Shown one piece after another: positions 12,591 through 26,470 of a stretch of DNA of 64,000 bases. The stretch is from Octopus sinensis (taxonomy: Eukaryota). Below the pieces are notes generated by a model. That model worked only from the letters and a program-made list of their open reading frames with translations, was not told the DNA's origin and made no database searches. The DNA is taken from positions 108,004,001 through 108,068,000 of the forward strand of contig NC_043002.1 in assembly GCF_006345805.1 (NCBI RefSeq). Direction: 5' to 3'. Made by a program: the position numbers and the translations under genes. Every line of letters starts with the position of its first letter. The first letter of the stretch is position 1.

Positions 12591-14104
12591 TAATCTATAG
12601 GTGCAGGAGTGACTTTGTGATAAGAAGCTTGCTTCCCAACCACATAGTTCTGGGTTCAGTCCCACTGTGAGATATTTTGGTGGTACTTCTACCATAGCCT
12701 CAGGCTGACCAAAGCCTTGTGAGTGGATTTAGTAGACAGAAACTGAAATAAGCCCATTGTGTGTGTGTGTGTGTGTGTGCATGTGTCCCACCATTGCTTG
12801 CCAACGGATGCTGGTGTACACCAAGCTCTAATCTGATCTGGCAGAGTTTCTACAGCTAGATGCCCTTCCTAACGCCAACCACTCCAAGAGTGTAGTGGGT
12901 GCTTTTTATGTGCCACGGGCATGGGGCCTGTCAGGCAGCATTGGCATCGAGCAAGCTTGAATGATGCTTTTACATGCCACCAGCACAGGTGCCAGTCAGC
13001 AGCACTGGCATCAACCATGCTTGAATGGTGCTTTTTACATGCCACAGGCACGGGTGCCAGTCAGGCGGCACTGGCATCAGCCATAACAATGATTTCACTT
13101 GACTCAACAGGTCTTCTCAATCACAGCATATTGCTTGACAATTGAAGGATATTTTTAAACAGGCCAATTACGTGACACTCACATTGGCCATGGCCACAAT
13201 CTCACTTGGCTTGCCAGGTCTTCTCAAGCACAGCATATCTCCAAAGGTCTCAGTCACTTGTCATTGCCTCTGTGAGGCCCAACATTCAAAGGTCATGCTT
13301 CACCACCTCATCCCATGTCTTCCTGGGTCTACCTCTTCCACAGGTTCCCACCACTATTAAGGTGCGGCACTTCTTCACACAGCTGTCCTCATCCATATAC
13401 AATGAGTCATTAAAACTCACTCACACACTCAGCTCTTTTGTGATTTGCTTTTATGTCACTATGGCACCCTTAACTCAATGAGAATCCATTATGTGCTCAT
13501 ATAAACTGCTAGAGATAACAGCCAAATCTTTCACATTACACTCTACTGTTGCCTTTAAAAGTGAAGAACATTAAATGTGATGCTGGCCCTTTTAATTACT
13601 AGTACAATCCAGTAATTAAATGGGTTTCCACACATCTGTCTCCATATGAAAGACCTATTCTGGTTAACACACCTGGTCCTGTTCCCTCTTTCATACTTTA
13701 ACGTCTCAACACCTGACATAAAGTCCCTTTCCTCAATACTGCACCCAAACTCTGTCAAGGTCTTGTATTGCAAGTTATTTGGCAACCTCACCAATGCTGG
13801 TGCTATGAGGAAAGTGTCCAGTACACTCTGTAAAGCGGTTGGTGTTAGGAAGGGCAGAAACCATGCCAACCCTGACATTGGAGGCCAATGCAGCCCTCAG
13901 GCTTGTCAAAACCTGTTACATCATCCAACCCATGCCAGAAGAGAAGACGGACTTTAATGATGATGATGGTCTGGGTCAATGTATGACTATAGCAGGAAAT
14001 TCCGAAATAGCAAAGCAAACTTCCCACTCATCCACCATCCATCATTTTGTCCACCCCACCCCCTTCATCCGCCCAACAGAAATAAAGAGGTTCATGACTA
14101 AATA

Positions 14105-14390
14105 ACTGGCACTCCATTGGTTATGAGAACAAGGGTTGCAGCTGATCCGATCAATGGAATAGCCTGTTCATGAAATTAACATGCAAGTGGCTGAGTACTC
14201 CACAGGTACACATTACCCCTTAGTTCTCAGGGAGATTCAGCATGACACAGAGTGTGACGAGGTTGGCCCTTTGAATTACAGGTGTAACTCATTTTTGCCA
14301 GCCGAGTGGACCGGAGCAACGTGAAATAAAGAGTCTTGCTCAAGGACACAACATGTCACCGGGAATTGAACTCACAATTTTACGATGATG
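14105..14390 (-). mobile_element. Older SINE sharing the OR-type 3' half but a different middle
   Basis: gaaattaacatgcaagtggctgagtactccacag matches the 27743 family 3' region. Confidence 0.65.
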
Positions 14391-15339
14391 AATCAACCAC
14401 CGAGTCATACAACCGAGCCATACAACTTCACACAAAGGAGATCGTACTGAATCAATAACAACTATTCACAATAATCATTTCCCTTTATCAAAGGGTCAAG
14501 TAATTTCAAACAATGAAAATCACTGAGAAAAAAAATAAAAGAAATATAAAAAGAAAGAATAAAAATGCTATAAATTCTCTCATGTTTGTTAATAATGTTA
14601 TAATTCATTGTTGTATACGAAAGAAGTTGTGAACACAGACCCAGCACTTTCCATCAACATATAAACAAAAGGTCAATTTACATCAGATCAATTACGATAA
14701 GATATTAATGTTTCATGGAATCTAATCACAATATTGTCAAATGGATTCAGTTTGGTTTCTCTTGTTTGTTTGTTTTGTTGGTTTTATGTTTATTTTGGTT
14801 TTCAACATGGACACAAGTAAAACATATCCTTGTCGTTTTTGTTGCTGAGCCCCGAGTCAGCCCCAACTGAACAGATATATGATCAAAGGTGTCCCAGCCA
14901 GCCATGACCATCTCATCTTTTTGTTTATCTATTGCCTCCTTTAAAATGGTAGGGCGTGATTTGAAAGAATTTAGCTGATATTTCTAGCAGGTCTGGTGAC
15001 TGAATAGCAGTTCTCTTGGAAGTAGAATGGCAAGTGGGTTTCATTCATGAGTTTTAAGAATGGCAAACACCACAACTATTCGTACACTACCATCATTACC
15101 ATCATCATCATGGTTGTAAACATCTTCTTTATGCTTCCATGGCTCAGAAAACTGTAACTTCAACTTGATCCATGACAAATACCAAAGAAAATTTGGATCA
15201 TATATTTTACCAATATTTCATCAATGGCTTTATCAATAATTCATATCTACTGAAGGCTATTTCACTGCATTCCCAACAAAGATACTTAGCAGTTACTGGC
15301 CCTATTCATTTGGCCAGAAACAGCTCAGAGCTGCAGCCA

Positions 15340-15743
15340 TGCTGATGCACCGCCGTTTTGCTACACTGTTATTACTGAGAGCCTCCTCTAATATGTGGCA
15401 CTTGGTGAAGAATGGTGTTTGATGTAGCTACCCTCATTTGCACCTCTTGCCGTGAGGTAGGTTCATCTGGGACTCTCGACAGGAAGAGGCCCAGCTTTGA
15501 TTTAAAAACCCCTACATCTACTTTGTGCAGGTTCCTCAGGCTCTTTGAGAGAATATTAAAAAGCTTTGGGCCCCTGAAACCCAGGCTGTTGCAGTAAGTG
15601 GTCCTGAAGCGTGATGGCATTGCTGGGATCTTTGGCACTATGCAGTGTCATCCTGTTCTGGCATTGGTGAAGCTTTCGATGCCAAAATTTGGCACAATTC
15701 CTTTCAGGATCTTCCAGATATATATTATTGCATACCTCTCCCG

Positions 15744-15745
<2 letters not shown>
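15340..15745 (-). mobile_element. CR1/L2-group LINE ORF2 C-terminal fragment
   Basis: RRERYAIIYIWKIL..NSLGFRGPKLFNIL..FKSKLGLFLSRVPDEP. Confidence 0.75.
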
Positions 15746-15778
<33 letters not shown>

Positions 15779-16051
15779 CATATATATATATATATATATA
15801 CTACACAACAGTTGATTAGTCTTACATTAGCTTACTGTGTTTCACCTCAAAAGTTGAATTGTTAACAGACTGGACAAATTGCTTGGCAGCATGTTGTCTA
15901 TCATTACAATCTGAGTTCAAATTCTGCTCAAAGCCGACTTTGCCTTTCATCCTTTTGGGGTCAATAAAATAGGTACTAGTTGAACACTGGGGTCAATGCA
16001 GTTGACTTACACCCTGTCTGAAATTGCTGGCTTTGTGCCAAAATTTGAAGC

Positions 16052-16087
<36 letters not shown>

Positions 16088-17369
16088 GGTGGCAAGCTGG
16101 CAGAGTTGTTAGAATGCTGGGCAAAATGATTAGCAGTATTTTGCCCGTTGCTATGTTCTGAGTTCAAATCCCACTGAGGTCAACTTTGCCTTTCATCCTT
16201 TCGGGGGTCGATAAATTAAGTACCAGTTGAACACTGGGGTCGATGTGATTGACTCATTCCCTCTCCCCAAATTTCAAACCTTGTGCCTTCTGTAGAAAGG
16301 ATTATCGTTATTATTATTGTTATTATTATTATTAAAGTCACGAGCTAACAGAATCCTACCCATGCTGGATAAAATGTTTAGTGGCATTTCTTCTGGCCCT
16401 TTAAGCCCTGGGGTTTAAATTTTGCTGAGGCTGACTTTCCCTTTTATCCTTTTTGTGATAAAGAAATGAGTACCAGTTATATACAGGGGTCAATGTAATC
16501 AACTAGTGCCCTCCCCCATCAAATTTCAGGCCTTGTCACTAAAGTAGAAAGGATTATCTTTATTATTCATCACAAGCACATGTACAGACACACACACACA
16601 ATCAATCAGTCAATGAAGTCAATGAAGATATTGAAGAGGAAAGGTCAGAAATGTTAGACTAATGACAGTAAATGATCATTACAGCCTGAAATAAATAATA
16701 AATGATGGCAACAGCATTATATCTGATGACACAAATATGTGTGGACAGTAATGTGATACAAATATGTATCACATGGCAATGAGTGGATTTGGTAGGCGGA
16801 AACTGAAAGAAGCCCATTGTGTATGTATGTGCCATCATCATCATCGCTTAATGTCCGTTTTCCATGCTGGCATGGGTTGGATGGTTTGACTGAGGACTGG
16901 AAAGCCAGCAGCTGCACCAGGCTCCCATCTGATCTGGCAAGGTTTCTACAGCTGGATGACCTTCCTAATGCCAACCACTCCGAGAGTGTAGTGAGTGCTT
17001 ATTATGTGCCACTGACATGGTAGCCAGTCAGGTGGCACTGGCCTATAGATATATAGATATATATTTAATTGAACATGATGCATCCATTTCCAAGTGTGTG
17101 TGAGTGTGTGTGTATGTATGTATATATATACGGTGTGATGAGTGAATTGTCAACATTTTATATTTTTCATTTTGCGCATGTGTATTGTTTTCGATTTTGT
17201 CGACTACACAGTATAGTAGGATCAGCTGGGCACTGTCTGTGACAAAAACAGCACCATGACGCAGTTCATTCTGCCAGAAATTTGGAAACAACATGCTGTA
17301 CTGCTTTGCATTCATGCTTGGAGCTCCAACATTTCAGAGTGTTTGGATGTCAATTTAAGGATTGATGTG

Positions 17370-17440
17370 TCCCCAAAACATGTACCAAGAGTGATAAAAA
17401 TCAAACATCCAGTCAACATCATAGCATTTGGAGTGAGCCC
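17370..17440 (+). mobile_element. Short maT-like transposase remnant
   Basis: PKHVPRVIKIKHPVNIIAFGV resembles the same region as the 54.5 kb remnant. Confidence 0.5.
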
Positions 17441-17629
17441 AAAAGGATGTAAGGCAAAGTCAACCTCGGCGGAATTTGAACTCAGAATGTAATGGCAGAT
17501 GAAATACAGCTAAGCATTTCATCCGGCGTGCTAACGATTCTGGCAGCTCGCTGCCCTGGATTGGTTGATATTTAAAAGGTAAAGGAAAATATTCTAAATT
17601 TTAGGTAAAATATGAAAAGAAAGACTCAC

Positions 17630-17785
17630 CAGCCACCCAATAATATTGAGCAATAAATTCACAGGAATGCCACCATATATATTTCCTCTGGGTAAGGAGG
17701 AGTTCCGGGTATTGCAAGAGATTTCGGCGTTTGATGAAAAGACAGGCGAGTAGATCTTTGATGATGAGAGAGAACTAGAGTCCAT
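17630..17785 (-). CDS. TMEM63: TMEM63/OSCA (CSC1-like) mechanosensitive channel, first coding exon (52 codons)
   Basis: Translates MDSSSLSSSKIYSPVFSSNAEISCNTRNSSLPRGNIYGGIPVNLLLNIIGWL, matching the TMEM63 N-terminal GGxPxxLxLN motif. Ends at a GTGAGT donor (phase 0). Start context ACAATGG with an in-frame TAG five codons upstream. Probable acceptor tgttgcag places the exon start at 17870. Confidence 0.87.
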
Positions 17786-17994
17786 TGTAATAAGAAGCTA
17801 TTCTCTTGGTCGTGATTGGCAGAACGGCAACAACAACAGCTGGATGATGTGGCACACACTTCAAACATATCTGCAACACAGGATAATTTGATGAAGATAA
17901 CATTAAAAGATAGAAAATACAATGGTTCAAGGAGGGATATTAACGCAATGTATAACAAAAATATTCTTTTCTACTGGGGAGGGAGCCAGTCGAT

Positions 17995-18330
17995 TACATC
18001 GACCCCAGTGCGTAACTGGTACTTATTTAATCAACCCCGAAAGGATGAAAGGCAAAGTCGACCTCAGCAGAATTTGAACTCAGAACATAAGGACAGATGA
18101 AATACCTATTTATTTACTACCCACAAGGGGCTAAACACAGAGGGGATGAACAAGGACAGACAAATGGATTAAGTCGATTACATCGACCCCAGTGCATAAC
18201 TGGTACTTATTTAATCGACCCCGAAAGGATGAAAGGCAAAGTCGACCTCAGTGGATTTTGAACTCAGAACGTAGTGGCAGACGAAATACCGCTAAGCATT
18301 TTGCCTGGTGTGCTAACGTTTCTGCCAGCT
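17995..18330 (-). mobile_element. SINE family B dimer
   Basis: Two bodies joined by the same aataggtatttc junction. Confidence 0.8.
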
Positions 18331-18589
18331 CACTACCTCACATAACAAAAATATTATTAACAGATGGATTTACTTCAAGATACAATGTTGTTAATAAAGA
18401 CTTATTTACATATTTCTCAATGGTTTTTACATTTGCATTGTAAAAGTAATCAAATTTTTTTTATTGATTATTTGATGGAAGATAGAACGTTGCTTTAGTG
18501 TAATCGGTAACATGCTTGTCTGGGTTACATATGAATCCTAGAACCCCAAAGGCAGCTCTCTAAAGGAGACTACAGCAGCAGTACTGGAT

Positions 18590-18974
18590 ATTAATAGTTA
18601 TTGCCAAGCTAACATGACAGTCCAGGAAAATAGGACAAATGCTGCGGTTGGTTAGTTCCAAGAGGTCATTGCCTCTAGCTAGCTATGTGACACACAAACC
18701 TGTGTCCATAACAACCTTCGCACAGGGGAGGTCAGCAGCAATGCCTGCTGGGTTCGGCTACTCCACATTGAAAAAGGGCAAAATACCCTGAAACTAGTCT
18801 GTGGATGTTGAACCAGCAAGGGGAAGCTGCTGACCTCCCCTGTTCGAAGGTTATAATGGACACAGGTTTGTGTGTCACATAGCTAGCTAGAGGCAATGGC
18901 CTCTTGGAGCTAATCAACGGCAGCATTCGTCCTTTTTTCTGGACTGCCATGTTAGCTTGGCGATAACTATTAAT
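18590..18974. mobile_element. Foldback element: about 150-bp inverted arms (18590-18740, 18826-18974)
   Basis: Arms align by eye with scattered mismatches; the spacer is also partly self-complementary. Confidence 0.8.
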
Positions 18975-21900
18975 CATCATCATCATCATCATCGTTTAAC
19001 GTCCATTCTCCATGCTAGCATGGGTTGGATGGTTCGACCGGGGATCTGGGAAGCCAGGAGGCTGCACCAGGCTCCAGTCTGATCTGGCAGTGTTTCTACA
19101 GCTGGATGCCCTTCCTAACGCCAACCACTCCGTGAGTGTAGTGGGTGCTTTTTATGTGCCACCTGCACAGATGCCAGGTGAGGCTGGCAACGGCCACGAT
19201 CGGATTGGTGCATTTTACGTGCCACTGGCACGGAAGCCAGTCAAGGCGGCGCAGGCATATATTTACATTTAATCTAGATATAGTTATCTTAAACCAGTTT
19301 GATACGTGCAGCTGAATTAGTTTCAAGATACATCTTTAAGCTATTTATAAAAGTTAGTGTTAACATTAGAGGAAGGAATAGTGTTTTCCAACCAAGGTTC
19401 GCCAGAACCCTACAGTTCCACAAAAGTTTCCTAGAAGATCCATGACAAAACAAAATGATAAACTAATTAAGAGCAAATACCTTTCCCAGGAATTATTATT
19501 CTTTTACTTGTTTCAGTCATTTGACTGCAGCCATGCTGGAGCACCACCTTTAGCCGAACAAATCAATCCCAGCATTTATTCTTTGCAAGCCTAGTACTTA
19601 TTCTATCAGTCTCTTTTGCTAAACTGCAAAGTTACAGAGAAGTAAACACACCAACATCGGTTGTCAAGCAATGATGGGGGGGGGGGCAAGCACAGAGACT
19701 CAAATACACACGCACCTATATATATACACACACACACACGACAGGCTTTTTTCAGTTTACATTTTCCAAATCCACTCATGAGGCTTTGGCTGGTCCAATG
19801 CTATAGTAGAAGACACTTGCCCAAGGTGCCATGCAGTGGCCACACAGCTACTCTTGCACCTTGTTTAATTTCTACATTTGCAATTTTAATATTGATAATC
19901 CATAAAACAAGCAAATACGAACTTACACACATGCACACACACACACGATGGGCTTCTTTCAGTTTCTGGCAACCAAACCCACTTGCAAAGCTTTGGTCAG
20001 CACAAGACTGTAGTAGAAGACCTCTGCTCAACGTGCTATGCAGTAGGGTTGAACCTGAGACTACTAATCCTCAAGGCCATACCTTGACTTCATCATCATC
20101 ATCATTTAACGTCTGTTATCTATGCTGGCATGAGTTGAATGATCTGATCAGGGCTGGAAAGCTGGAAGGTTGCATCAGGATCCAGTCTGATTTGAGATGG
20201 TTTTTCTACAGCTGGATGCCCTTCCTAATGCCAACCACTCAGAGAGTGTTATGAGTGTTTTTACATGCCACCATCACAGGTGCCATTATCTGCCATGACT
20301 GTGATTTTGCTCAACTTGATAGGTCTTCGTTTCAAGCATGACATAATGCTAAAGGTTTCGGTCACTGCCTCCGTGAGGCCCAATCCTCGAAAGGAACTGA
20401 TCCACTTTGCCTCCTTGAGGCCCAACACTCGAAAGGAACTCAACTGCTCTGCCCCCATGTGGCCCACCAAAACATTTGACAGAAGTACAAATACTTATCC
20501 GAACAAACAAAAGTTTGTGGCTTGTGAGCAACATAATGTGTGTCCCCTAAAAAAAGGTTTGTTATCAACACTGACCCAGTCTAACAATATGACAATATAT
20601 CCAATCAAATAGGAACCATTACAAACAGCAGTAGGAATAGCACCTCAGAAGTAGTTCCACAAATGATTAACCACAGATGACTACAAACATTTTCATCTGC
20701 GAAGGTTTGAATGATGTACTATGGCCAATGTAGAAAAACATTCTTCAGAATTGGCTTTCTTGTAATATTACAAGGTTACCTTAAAAAAGAACACAAGGCC
20801 AACTCGAGTCCTAAACCACAAGTTTAGCTAATGACCACAATTTTAAGGGGAAGCAACCATTTGATAACAGCTTTTGTAAAAGCTGAGACAGAATAAGGGA
20901 GCATTTGCTCAGCCACTCAATTCGCTGGAAGTAACAGAAATCCTACTTAAATGTAGTCAACAACATAATTATTAGCAGGAAAACTACTTATATCACTAGC
21001 AATAAACATCTAGGCCAAGAACAGGTTTAAAAGAACACATTGTGCAATGTATTTAGGGTTATATTATGTTTGTTAAAAGAAAAAGACCAGATGGAAACAG
21101 CTGGGACACTTTTTGATCTTAGTCGAATCTGCTTAATCAAAGCAGACAGACTTAAACTACAATAGTAAATGTTCTATCTCGTTATCCTCATTATTAGAAA
21201 GCAAAATAATAAAACATTTAAAGAGAGGTTTTAGCATTCACATAAAAAATTTGCTTAGTGTTTTTTTTTTTTCTTCTTTCTTTCTCTACTTTGGTTTGTT
21301 TGTTTTACTGTGACTGAAGTTTTAGGATTGTAATCCAGTCAATAAAAAATACTTCCTCTAACATTTATTGGACTCAGGGGAAAGAGCTTAATTGACTCAA
21401 TCAGCCTCACTCTGATGTCAACAGCCAGTTTAACATGGCTCTGAGACAGCAAGAGTAAAAAGTAGAAAGAAGGGAAGAAACAAAGAGATGGTAACGATAT
21501 AAATGTAATATGAATTTAAAAAATGACTCTCCCCAGACACAACAGAATTAAAAAAATTACTTTATAAATTTTATCGGAACATTTTCAGATTTTCTAAGAG
21601 GTTTTATTGGTATGATTTATAAACACAATGATGATGGTGATGATAGTGAATGAATTGTGGTCATGAGGATTAGATGAAGTTATAAGCGAAGGCTGTTGCT
21701 CTATTCACTAATCTAATAAGAATCCTTTCAAATATAGACACAATGCCAGAAATTTTGGGGGTAAGGCAGTGAGCTGGCAGAAACGTTAGCATTCCAGGCG
21801 AAATACTTAGTGGCATTTCATCTGCTGCTACATCCTGAGTTCAAATCCTGCCGAAGTCGACTTTGCCTTTCATCCTTTAGGAGTTGATTAAATAAGTACC

Positions 21901-24900
21901 AGTGATGCACTGGGGTCGATATAATCGACTTATAAGGCGGCGAGCTGGCAGAATCGTTAGCACGCCGGCCGAAATGCTTTGCGGTATTTCGTCTGTTGCA
22001 ACGTTGTGAGTTCAAATTCCGCCGAGGTCGACTTTGCCTTTCATCCTTTCGGGGTCAATTAAATAAGTACCAGTTATACACTGGGTCGATGTAATCGACT
22101 TAACCCATTTGTCTGTCCCCTCTATGTTTAGCCCCTTGTGGGTAATAAAGAAACAGATATATTCGACTTAATCTGTTTGTCTGTCCTTGTTTGTCCCCTC
22201 TGTGAGTAGCCCCTTGTGGGCAGTAAAGAAATAAGAAATTTTGGGGGTGGGAGAATAGTTGATTACATCGACCCCAGTGTTTCACTAGTACTTAATTTAC
22301 TGACCCCTGAAAGGATGAAAGGCAAAGTCAACCCTGACGGAATTTGAATTCAGAACATAAGGAGAGACGAAATGCCACTAAGAAGTTTGGCCAGAGCGCT
22401 AACAATCCTGCCATCTTGCTGTCTAATGATAATTATAATTATTTCAAATGCTTTTTTGCCCCAAGGGCAGCTTGGGGGAGGTAGGGATGAGTCAATTATA
22501 CCAACTCCAGTGTTCAACTGGTACTTATTTTATCGACCCTAAAAGGATGAAAGGTAAAGTCAACCCCAGCGGAATTTGAACTCAGAACGAAACGACGGGC
22601 AAAATACTACTAAGCATTTCATCTGGTCTGCTAATGATTCTGCCAGCTCGCCACCTATAGGCACAAGGCCTGGATTTTGTGGGGAGGGGAATAGTTGATT
22701 ACACAGACCTCAGTACGCAACTGGTACTTCTTTTATTGACCTAATGTCAGAGAACTGTTTCAGTTGTGTAAAAGTTTTAAAGATGTTATTTCAGGTTATG
22801 AAAATAATATTCCAATAATTGCAAAAAGAAAAAGTTTTCAATTCATTTTTGATTCATTTCAGATTGATTCGTTGTAGGCAATGCATTTCATAGTACTGAG
22901 ATCAATATGTTTTAGATATAGGAATAACTTTCCATTGATCATTTTCTGATCGGTCATGATTCTCGAGATCATCATCATCATCGTTTAACGTCCGTTCTCC
23001 ATGCTAGCATGGGTTGGACGGTTCAACTGGGGTCTGGGAAGCCAGGAGGCTGCACCAGGCTCCAGTCTTATCTGGCAATGTTTCTACAGCTGGATGCCCT
23101 TCCTAACGCCAACCACTCCGTGAGTGTAGTGGGTGATTTTTACGTGTCACCTGCACAGGTGCCAGGTGAGGCTGGCATCGGCCACGGTCGGATTGGTGCA
23201 TTTTACGTCAATCAAATAATCACTAAAAATATTGGTAATTTTGTGGATTAAGAAATATTTCACACACACACACACAAATTTCAGGTAATTAGCCTGAATC
23301 TGAACAAAAGGTCACCAAAGTCAGAGTTTGGGTTACAAGTAGATTAAAAAAAGGGCCCCGCCAAAATTGGACTGTTCTACACAAAAGCTCATGTTTGTCA
23401 TTAAGCTGTCAAATATGGTTTAAGATAGTTCTTATTATGACAAGGTATTTCTATTCAGTTCCTGTTTGGTACAGAGTAATGGATTTAAGCAATTAAAAAA
23501 TAAGTTTACTTTGATATCAATTTATCTCCAAAATGCAGTCATAGTATTAATAGAGATGACGATGAGGAGGATGTTGGACAAATCCTTTTCCTACACATTT
23601 CAAATGATAAAATAAGTCACATGTTCTGAATGTTGTAATTTTATATGTTCAGACATAAACACTGAGGAAACATCTTTATACAGTCACTCAATCTGCAAGA
23701 AATAGCAACCAACTTCCTCTCAAACCACATCCTTAGATGCCACCTTTGGTCATGACTGACCATGGGCATCACATCCATCCATTTATTATCTAGGCTGGGC
23801 CTCTCAGCTTGAGCGGCACCTCTTGTGGCTATGGAGACCAATGCAAGAATGACAATAAAAAAATTGACCCACTTCCGTAGTGTTAATCTGAATACATTGT
23901 TTCAAATTAAGAGGAGGCAGTCATATCTGGAACACTGATTGTTCGGTCCACTTTACAAGAGCTAAGTGGAACAAACAATAACCCATTGAGAAACAGTTTT
24001 CTGTTCATGATGATGATAATGATTGTTACTTTTGACTCAAGAGTCATTTGTACTGTTAAATGGCAATTATATTTGAGATCACTTTCTTATTAAACTGAAT
24101 TCCATTCAGCTAACAACTGGTATTTACATACAATAATTACCAATCTGTGTTTAGAGATTTATGTAGTGTTATCATTAGTGGATTATTCTTGTGTTATTTG
24201 TTTCATTTTACATAAATGAAAATGTCAGCTCAGAAAAATACGGTTGCTCTATTTCAAATGCGTCATTAATGAAAATTTTTGTTATACTTTGCCTCTTCTA
24301 CCATTAGTATTTAGACAAAAAAGAGAAATATTTGTAATGAACTACATTAATTGCAAAATATAATTACAAATCTTGCAGTAACTTTTAAAGATCTTATAAC
24401 TGAGAAGCTTTGACTGGCATTTCTGTTTACTTGAAAGAAAAATTTAAATATGATTATTTAACATCGAAATCGGAATCGAAATTGAACCAATCCTATGACT
24501 GGCACCAGGCAGATGCCAGGACCCCTGGACTGGAGATACGTAAAAAGCATTATCCGAATCATGGTCGATGCCAGCGCCGCCACGACTGGCTTCCGTGTCA
24601 GTGGCACGTAAAAAGCACCATCCGAATCGTGGCTGAAGCCAGTGCCGCCTCAACTGGCTTCCGTGCAGGTGGCACGTAAAATGCACCAATCCGACTGTGG
24701 CCAATGCCAGCCTCGCCTGGCTCCAGTGCAGGTGGCACGTAAAAAGCACCCACTACACTCACGGAGTAGTTGGCATTAGGAAGGGCATCCAGCTGTAGAA
24801 ACATTGCCAGATAAGACCGGAGCCTGGTGCAGCCTTCTGGCCTCCCAGATCCCCGGTCGAACCGTCCAACCCATGCTAGCATGGAGAACGGACGTTAAAC

Positions 24901-25193
24901 GATGATGATGATGAATATGTTTCTCATGATGGTATGAGTTGGAGAGTTTGACAGGAGCTGGCAAAGTTGAAAAGCTGCACCCGGCTCCAATTGTCTGCTT
25001 AGATATGGTTTCTACGGGTGGATGCCCTTCTTTATGCCAACCTCTTCACAGAGGTACTTTTTATGTGGCACTGGCAAGATTCCTTACAAATGGCTACTGA
25101 GCAATGTAGTTATTACGATAACTAAAGGTTTCTTTTAAAATATACATAATCTTTAACTGGCAAAGTTTCATTCCAAACCAATATTTCGTTTAA

Positions 25194-25648
25194 CCCTTTC
25201 GATACCAACCAGGATGAAACTGCCTCTGGTGCTGTAGTACAAATGTTTTGTTTTCATAAGTTCTGAATTAAAATCTTCCACCAATCCTTAGTCACAATTT
25301 ATGCTCTTAACCCTAGCTTAACTAAGTTATTTTACTAAATTCTTTGTTATATTTAAAATTAATTGAAAGAAACATAGAGCATCTCAAAATAAATACAGTA
25401 ACGAAAGGGTTAAAATATATAATAGACAAACAATTCTTAACCCTTTCAACACCAATCCTGCTGAAGCCACCTCTGGCTCTGTAGTACTAATGTCTTGTTT
25501 ACAAAAGTTCTGAATTAAAATCTTCCACCAAACCTTAATCACAATTTATCTTCCTAACTCTAGCTGAATGATAATTAAATTATTTTACTAAATTCTTTGT
25601 TATATTTAAAATTAACTGAAAGAAACACAGAGCATCTCAAAATAAATA
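25194..25648. mobile_element. piggyBac-type MITE family F, complete copy 25194-25409 plus truncated tandem copy from 25441
   Basis: TTAA-CCCTTTCG ... CGAAAGGG-TTAA. Confidence 0.82.
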
Positions 25649-26041
25649 TACTCTTTTACACTTTTATTTCTTTCAGTCATGTGACAGTAAATCAGAAAAC
25701 CTTAGTGTATCAATAATTAATTGATCCTTTCAGGGTCCATAAATTAAGTACCAGTGTGTGTAATATTTCTTAAGTACCAGTTGATCAACTGGCCCCCTCA
25801 CCAAAAATTTCAGGCCTTGTGCCTAGAGTAGAAAAGAATAATTAATTGACCTAGCAAAGCAGAATTTTTATGCGTATCGGATTTTCTGATTTAGTGACAG
25901 TTTTAACTGTAGTGTCCAGTGGCCCAGCAACAAAATTTGCTAAGGGGGTGCAAACCCAGGTCCTAATTTTTTTAATGAAAAATATGGATTTTTCCAGTGT
26001 TAACATTAAAACAAATGCAGGTATAATAATTTTTATTATTA

Positions 26042-26470
26042 TGAGGGTCCGCTGAAATGTTCATAATCTGAGCAAGACACTCAATAGAATGTGACCAGAT
26101 GAAGTTCATTTTCTAACACAGTTCCTCTTACTGTCCACACACTTCCATTAGTAGTTGCAGTGCTTGGGTCGCACTGGTAAAGAAGCTTTTCTGTTGATCA
26201 CAATGGTCATCAACAACAGATAAGATGTTCTCATCATAGTGATACTGGTGCTCAGCTGAGTGTTTTTCTGTGTTGGGAAACAGATGATAACCAGAAGGAA
26301 CCAAATCACTAATATAGGGAGGATGATCAACCAGTTCAAAGCCAGTCACATACAGCAGCCATTGAAACCAAGGATTTGTGTGCTGAAGCATTGTCCTAAT
26401 GAAACAAGACCCCATTCATCAGTTTTTCTGGGTGTTTGATCTTGATAGCTTTTCATAACTGCCTTAGGAA
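26042..26470 (-). mobile_element. Mariner (DD34D) transposon 3' remnant with terminal repeat
   Basis: ELVDHPPYISDLVPSGYHLFP resembles HPPYSPDLAPSDYHLF; TA-flanked end tgagggtccgctgaaatgttc at 26042. Confidence 0.8.

Noticed and set aside
14462-14522. Cassette or poison exon after a strong pyrimidine tract (minus)
   Set aside because: Starts with TGA in frame, has no convincing donor, and exons 1 and 2 already join seamlessly.
19661-20254. 197-aa ORF
   Set aside because: Chance frame across adjacent family A and family C fragments.
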